Of a stretch of 63,906 bases of DNA, positions 57,501 to 63,906 are shown piece by piece (within the stretch, counting starts at the first letter, position 1; every line of letters begins with the position of its first letter). Source of the DNA: Paraspadella gotoi (taxonomy: Eukaryota; Animalia; Chaetognatha); contig CM119263.1 of assembly GCA_051294375.1 (NCBI GenBank), forward strand, positions 11,215,477 to 11,279,382, given 5' to 3'. The notes beneath the pieces were generated by a model. It ran no database searches. It had not been told where the DNA came from and was given only the letters and a program-made list of their open reading frames with translations. A program made the translations under genes and the position numbers.

Positions 57501-58020
57501 GTCAGATATTTATTATAAAATTATTATTTGGCTCCAAATCAACGTGTTCTTTTGTTTTTACCTCGGAGCTTCGATTTTGTTGAACTCCATCTCTCGACGA
57601 CGACGAAGCATCGCGCGTCGTCGTCGCTCACGGCTTCGTCCCATCTTGAGGCCGGCGAACGTGCCAGAGTGGACGTTCTGGGTTGTAGGAGGTGAGGGGG
57701 GGGGGAAGAAAAAAATGTATGGGTGAATATTTTTTAATAGTGAAAAAAAGTGAACTTAAAGCGAGATTAATAATTATAAAAAATAATCAAATTTTATTTT
57801 TAAGTACAGTAAAAACGCGAAAGTAACAAAATCATGTCTTTTTTTTTCCAAAAATAATAATTTTCAATACTTTGGCCTTTTGTGCATTGATTAATTTATT
57901 GATATTACATTATTTTATTAAACTCATTTAGATCTTTCTTTTATTCATTCAATTTTCTTTATTCATACATTTACATATTTCTTCATTCATTCGTTCATTC
58001 TATTTTTTTCCTCGCCACTT

Positions 58021-59070
58021 CTAACTTTCCAACCGACATCCCGGGTCTTCATCAGCGTCGCCAGATTTTTCGAGAAAGAACTTGATCGCCGCCAGCGTCG
58101 CCGCGGAAAAGAAAATGACGGCGGCGCCGCCGATTTCCAGCGGCGTCATCACTTCTCCGTAAAGAGCGAAAGCTAAACTCGCCACCAGAGGGATGAGGCA
58201 AGTGTTGAGCACGTTGCCGACGACGCCGGCGGTTCCCGGCGCCCAGGCCTCCAGCTCTTGACAGCCCAAGATCGCGGAAATCCTCAACAGATTGATGACG
58301 GCGCCGATTTGCAAGCAGAGAACGACGCCGCTCCACGAGGACGCCGGCGGGAGGCTCCATCCGTCGTCGATCGTCAAGTAGACGGGAACGACGACGAGGG
58401 AGATGGCGCAGCGAAGGAAGGCGTAGTTCGTCCAGTGGACGTGTTGGAAGAAGCCGATGGCGAATGGGAAACAGACTTGAACCAAACCGGTGAAGATGGC
58501 GACGAAGACTGGAATCGCGGGGTGGCTGTCCGAGGCTGAGCGATGAAATTTATGTAAAAATCAATCAATCAAATCAATCAAATCAATCAATCAAAATATA
58601 CAAAATGCACATCTAATCTTCAACCTAATTTACACATGGAATCTAATTCATTATACCAAGAACTGACCGATAAAATGTAAGAGAGAATTTGGTTGAGCCA
58701 CCATGGCGAGTCCGATCAAAGCCAGAACGATTCCCACAAAGTCGACGACGCTGATGCATCGCCGATGGACGAAACCCAGCATAATCTGTCACGAATCGCC
58801 CAATTGAAAAAAACAGTCCAGAATTCAAATTCATCACAAGTCCTCTGTTACCGGAGTGCAAAGGATGACGCCGATGATGATGGCGGCGAGAGTCCCCAGC
58901 GACATCCTTTGCGAGCAGAACAAGAGGCCGATGCAAGTCAAGTTGGTGGACAAAGCTAGCGAAAGAAAGACGGCCCACTCCGCGGCGCTTCGGAGGCCCC
59001 AGTTTTTGATCAGGGTCGGGGCGAAGGGGCAAAGGGTGAGGATCTCGCTGATCACGATCAGGGAAAAGGC
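58021..59070 (-). CDS. EamA/DMT superfamily transporter (SLC35G-like), partial; exons 59070-58852, 58785-58668, 58535-58021 (or spliced at 58034); 5' exons unresolved
   Basis: Multiple hydrophobic helices with EamA-type ends VGIVLALIGLAMVAQP and FALYGEVMTPLEIGGAAVIFFS. The three exons join in phase. Confidence 0.7.
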
Positions 59071-59575
59071 CTGAGAGGCTCTCAGTTCGAAGGTGCCCCG
59101 CATGCAGATTTGGGGTCAACGAGTCCATCAACTTTCCGCAAAAAGTACAGGAGGAATCCCAAAAAAGGTGAAACGTTCGAGACGTCGTTCGTGAGCTCAT
59201 TTCGAAATGTCTTCTTTATTTATTCATTTTTTAGATTTTGGTGTCAGTGAACTAAACTCGAATCAAGTTGTTATTAAAGCGAATTTTTTTTCGTATTGAA
59301 GAAAACGACAAGAAAGGGAAAGAGCGAGAAAGAGAAAATTAGGGGAGGGGCCATGAAGATTAATAATCGAAAACAGAACAGAGCGAAGGTGCCATGAGCC
59401 AAGGTGAGCATAACTTAGTTATAAGGAAACAAGAACGGTAATTCAATGTATTGCGCGGCAGTGACTTTATTTTCACGTGTATTTCCCTTTGATCACATGA
59501 TATAACATAATATTACACTGCATCAAAATTAAGTCTTTTTATTTTCTATAGTTTTAGGAATTCCTGAAGGCGGTG

Positions 59576-59732
59576 CTAGTAGTCCCATAAATTCGAGGTT
59601 TTTTCTGTCTTAACAAATGAACAACCAACTATAGGCAAATTATATGTATATATTTTTAACGTAAGTGTGACAGACCAATGGACAGACAGACGGACGGACA
59701 GACCGAAAAGTGACTTATAGAGTAACTAAAAA
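59576..59732 (+). mobile_element. Second copy of the HINE-like repeat (hairpin absent)
   Basis: Colinear with 13696-13868. Confidence 0.6.
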
Positions 59733-59976
59733 GAACAGAGAAAATTGGTGAAAGAGAGAAGGAAGAGAGGAAGTCAAGAAAAAATAGTTAACTGATTATA
59801 TTAGAAATAAAATTCCGATCACATCCAGTCAGCAGTCGCCGTTCTTAAAAAACCAGTTATTTCTTTGTGACCGGTTTTGAATAATGATGATTCAATAACA
59901 TTCATCATTTAACAAGCCTATTGAGTAATTACGATTGATATTAAATTTTACATCTTAATAGCATTCATAATGATTA

Positions 59977-60093
59977 ATTTTTATTTACACATTCATAGTG
60001 CATTCCTTTCGTTTATAAAATTTAAATAAAGCAAAATTTTTTATTTACACATTATACGTGCATTCCTTTCGTTTTAAATTTAATAAAGCAAAT
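59977..60093. repeat. ~60-bp imperfect tandem duplication
   Basis: tttttatttacacatt...gtgcattcctttcgttt...aataaagcaaa occurs twice in tandem. Confidence 0.85.
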
Positions 60094-60349
60094 ATTTTGA
60101 AGTTATTACAACGATTTTTTTTATTAAGAGACGGACATTTTCGGCTTGTTGGCTTCAAACTTCATCAGCATTTGATATTCATTAAAAGTTTGTGTAAAAG
60201 AAGAGTGTGAGAGAGAGAGAGAAAGAAAGAGAGAGAAGGGTAAAAGTTTTCCAACAAAGTGGTGAGACAGAATAGTGGTCAGATGTGAGGACAGGTGAAG
60301 GTGAGGGCAGATTGAGTGAGTTGTGAAAAGAAGTTAAACTTGTTAGAGA

Positions 60350-60387
<38 letters not shown>

Positions 60388-61289
60388 AACAGAAACACAA
60401 GGGATAATAAATAATAAAGATACATTTTTGCATATGTACAACAAAGATAAAAGAGTTTGAAAAACTAATATTGGTGAAATTTAACATTTAACTAGTGAAT
60501 AAATAAGCAATTAGCTAAGGGATAGTTAGTAAAATTTGAAATGAAAGAAAGTAGTTTTTTATAGTTTTGGTGATAATTAAGAGACAAGAAAGTGAAATTC
60601 AAGGAAAAGAAAGACTCAAAATGAGCTGGCCCCCCTTGTTTTGTGCAAATGAAGGACAAGGACGATGATGACGGGTCATTGGCGTGTCAGTGGCTGAGAA
60701 GAGAGTACGACCGAACTGGTGAATGCCGCATTGGGATCGATCCTTGCGGAAAGATCCCCAGGGTACACTCTTATGTCTCTTTGGCCTGATACGCCTGCCG
60801 GCTGCCCTCTTCTCGCCTGCTTGTTCTCTCTCTCTCGAAACATGTCCGTCTCTTAATAAAAAAAAATCGTAATAACTAAATACTTTGCTTTCTCTAAGAT
60901 TAAAAACAACGAAAAGAAAGAATTATCGCATCGCAAAATTGAAACAAAAATTGTTGTGAATTGAAACTATAGCGATATAAACGAGTTGACAATTACTATA
61001 TTTGAATTAATTTAAAGATTTTAGTTGATGAAAGATTTCACCGGGAACCAAAACAGGAAGCGTGAGCAGATTTTAAACTCATCGTTATTCTTTTCGTTTT
61101 TTCTTTTTGCTTAAAACTTCGTCCCCAGAACCGATGATCATCACAACCTCATCCCGAATAACTTACCCACTCACTCCACCCGGTTTCATTTCCTTTAATT
61201 CGTTTCCAGGACATAGAATCTCTTTCGCGATTTCTCTTTTCCACCGACATCGTCGGAGAAGTCACGCGCCTCTCTCTCTCTCTCTCTTG

Positions 61290-61480
61290 CAAATAACCGG
61301 CGCCAAAACCGCGCCCACATACTCTTAGAAACGCCGCGCGCATCGCTGAACTTCATTATCGCCTTCGCTTCGTTGGCGCACAAAAAACGCGTACCTTGGC
61401 GCCTGCGCCCAATGGGTGCGACTGACGAGCAATTTCCGGCCGTCGTGCGCGCGCGTTGAGACTTCCGGTGTGAGAGCAGT
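61290..61480. promoter_or_regulatory. CpG-rich promoter-like island (CCAAT ~61410, ETS-type ACTTCCGG ~61461)
   Basis: Motifs seen upstream of the minus-strand transporter gene and next to a gap. Confidence 0.3.
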
Positions 61481-61559
61481 AAAGAAAGACAGAGAGAGAG
61501 AGAGAAGAGCAGAGACTGCTAAGATGAGAGAGTCGACGGAGACGACTCGAGAGGACGAG

Positions 61560-61956
61560 NNNNNNNNNNNNNNNNNNNNNNNNNNNNNNNNNNNNNNNNN
61601 NNNNNNNNNNNNNNNNNNNNNNNNNNNNNNNNNNNNNNNNNNNNNNNNNNNNNNNNNNNNNNNNNNNNNNNNNNNNNNNNNNNNNNNNNNNNNNNNNNNN
61701 NNNNNNNNNNNNNNNNNNNNNNNNNNNNNNNNNNNNNNNNNNNNNNNNNNNNNNNNNNNNNNNNNNNNNNNNNNNNNNNNNNNNNNNNNNNNNNNNNNNN
61801 NNNNNNNNNNNNNNNNNNNNNNNNNNNNNNNNNNNNNNNNNNNNNNNNNNNNNNNNNNNNNNNNNNNNNNNNNNNNNNNNNNNNNNNNNNNNNNNNNNNN
61901 NNNNNNNNNNNNNNNNNNNNNNNNNNNNNNNNNNNNNNNNNNNNNNNNNNNNNNNN
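61560..61956. other. Assembly gap
   Basis: Run of N. Confidence 0.99.
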
Positions 61957-62812
61957 TAAAATCTTAATTAAAATCCTGAGTCGAATCCCAATTTTATGTT
62001 TCTCAGTATCTTCTGGACTAAAATCTGCTTGATTATTATTGGCTGATTAATCAGATTGAAAATTGGCAAATCAAAGTAACTGGAGGGATGAAATGTAAGT
62101 GACGATTAAATCCGATTATCTTGAATATTTTTCGTTTTTTTCTTTTTTTCAATTTTCTTTCTAATCTAAAATGAATTCATTGTTCATGTAAAAGCAATAG
62201 TTCATTCAATCAATAATTATTGGCTAACTTGACTGAGAATATTTATATATTTTGCCTAATAACTTAGTTGATATGTGTGATTATAATCATTTTTGTGATT
62301 TTACTAGATTATTTTGTTAGACATTAGACATTAAAACTAGAAACGCCAGTTTTTATCTTTTTCGCTTTTCAAAATCGTCGTTTAGGCTTCCAAGTTTTTG
62401 CACCCAAACGAGTGACTTGTGATCAAGAGGCGATCAGCGCCATCAATCTAATCCTGTGGCCGACGCCGCCGACGCCGCAAATGCGCTCCCGCCGCCCCAG
62501 CCGCCGCCCCAGCCGCCGCCCCAGCCGCCGCTTTGATCCTCGTTGCTCTACCCAACGGAACTCGGTCCCCTCACCCAGTCTTCGCTCCCCGTCGCTACCC
62601 AACCGTCATTGGTTAACCTGTCGTCACGTAATTGGATTTCTGTCGTCGTCGTCGTCGTCGTCTCCGTCGTTGTCGTCGTCGTCGTCGTCTCCGTCGTTGT
62701 CGTTGTCGTCGTCGTCGTCGTCGTCTCCGTCGTCGTCTTGGTCTTCCGTTTCCGTCGTCATCGTCCTCGTCTTTTCTCCGGAAACAAATGATTTCACTTC
62801 ACTGGTATCATT

Positions 62813-62977
62813 NNNNNNNNNNNNNNNNNNNNNNNNNNNNNNNNNNNNNNNNNNNNNNNNNNNNNNNNNNNNNNNNNNNNNNNNNNNNNNNNNNNNNNNN
62901 NNNNNNNNNNNNNNNNNNNNNNNNNNNNNNNNNNNNNNNNNNNNNNNNNNNNNNNNNNNNNNNNNNNNNNNNNNNNN
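62813..62977. other. Assembly gap
   Basis: Run of N. Confidence 0.99.
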
Positions 62978-63145
62978 AATTTATATAAATTCTTTTCAAT
63001 TAATAAATGAAATTCAAAACGACTTTTACCATGACACGTGACTCCCTTCCCTCATCTTTTTCTCCCAAACATTTTTCGCCTCGACTAAGAAATTCAAATT
63101 TTTCCGCGAAAATTAGAAAGAATTTGAATTTTTTTCGCAAAGAAT

Positions 63146-63148
<3 letters not shown>

Positions 63149-63203
<55 letters not shown>
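63149..63203. repeat. (GA)n microsatellite
   Basis: Seen directly. Confidence 0.95.
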
Positions 63204-63206
<3 letters not shown>

Positions 63207-63363
63207 TAAGGGCGGAAACATTTTTTCCGGGATGTCAGAACCTTGAATAATTAAATAGAAATATTTAGATAAAAGCATCTTGTCTTGAGTTTTTCTGACA
63301 AGATACTCACAAATGTAGTAGGGACTGTGATGATACTTTAGGTAATTTTTTCCTTTATTTTTT

Positions 63364-63399
<36 letters not shown>

Positions 63400-63417
63400 T
63401 TTTTCTTTCTTTCTTTC
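63364..63417. repeat. (TTTC)n microsatellite
   Basis: Seen directly. Confidence 0.9.
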
Positions 63418-63594
63418 TATCTTTCCTCATTTCTTCCTGTCTTTTTTCTTTCTTTCTGGTTCTTCGCCCGGAATTTTTTTTATTTCGGTTTCGCGTCCTG
63501 ACCGAGTTTTTTGCCCGGTTCGACCTTTGGCCTTTGAACCGCGGGAGCGCGGTAGCGGCGCTCTCGATTGGCGCCCCCAGCCGAGTTAGCTTGT

Positions 63595-63595
<1 letters not shown>

Positions 63596-63680
<85 letters not shown>
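63596..63680. repeat. (TC)n microsatellite
   Basis: Seen directly. Confidence 0.95.
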
Positions 63681-63681
<1 letters not shown>

Positions 63682-63906
63682 ACTATCTTCTTTTTTGTCC
63701 GTCTTTCTCTCGCACTTTTACACTAACAGTCAGGGGACCAATGATCGTTTTTGAGTGATGATTTCGCGAACAATCACCGAATGCGAATGTGATGTATGTA
63801 TTTTCTTGGACACAAACATCACAAAAAATCGAGCCAGTTCAATCACTTATCGAAATTTTCTGGGTACTCTCATGACAATTGTAGAATGTAGAATCTTTTA
63901 CTCTCT

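Overview
This is eukaryotic, very probably invertebrate-animal, genomic scaffold: AT-rich introns and intergenic DNA, GC-rich exons, many (GA)n microsatellites and four N gaps. It is not prokaryotic, so the ORF track shows only exon fragments. I reconstructed seven spliced genes by hand from splice boundaries and reading-frame phase. They are: a divergent BPI/LBP-family protein (+, 15804-19146), DDAH (+, 20422-21975), a GH56 hyaluronidase (-, 23828-27824), glyoxalase I (-, 32622-33956), an HMMR/RHAMM-like coiled-coil protein (+, ~39872-45215), a VGLUT-like SLC17 transporter (-, 46195-48288) and an EML5/6-type protein (+, 50289-54527). A partial EamA/SLC35G-like transporter lies at -, ~58021-59070. 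The standout is the hyaluronidase, with the architecture EGF - GH56 (catalytic D-x-E intact) - 5 Notch-type EGFs - transmembrane helix - cytoplasmic tail. It looks like a receptor-like ecto-glycosidase and lies about 12 kb from the HMMR-like gene. The EML gene appears to encode only the middle TAPE unit of EML5/6. The first ~8 kb carries indel-rich direct and inverted duplications next to gaps, probably long-read gap-filling artefacts. Family calls come from motif recognition only; no database search was run.
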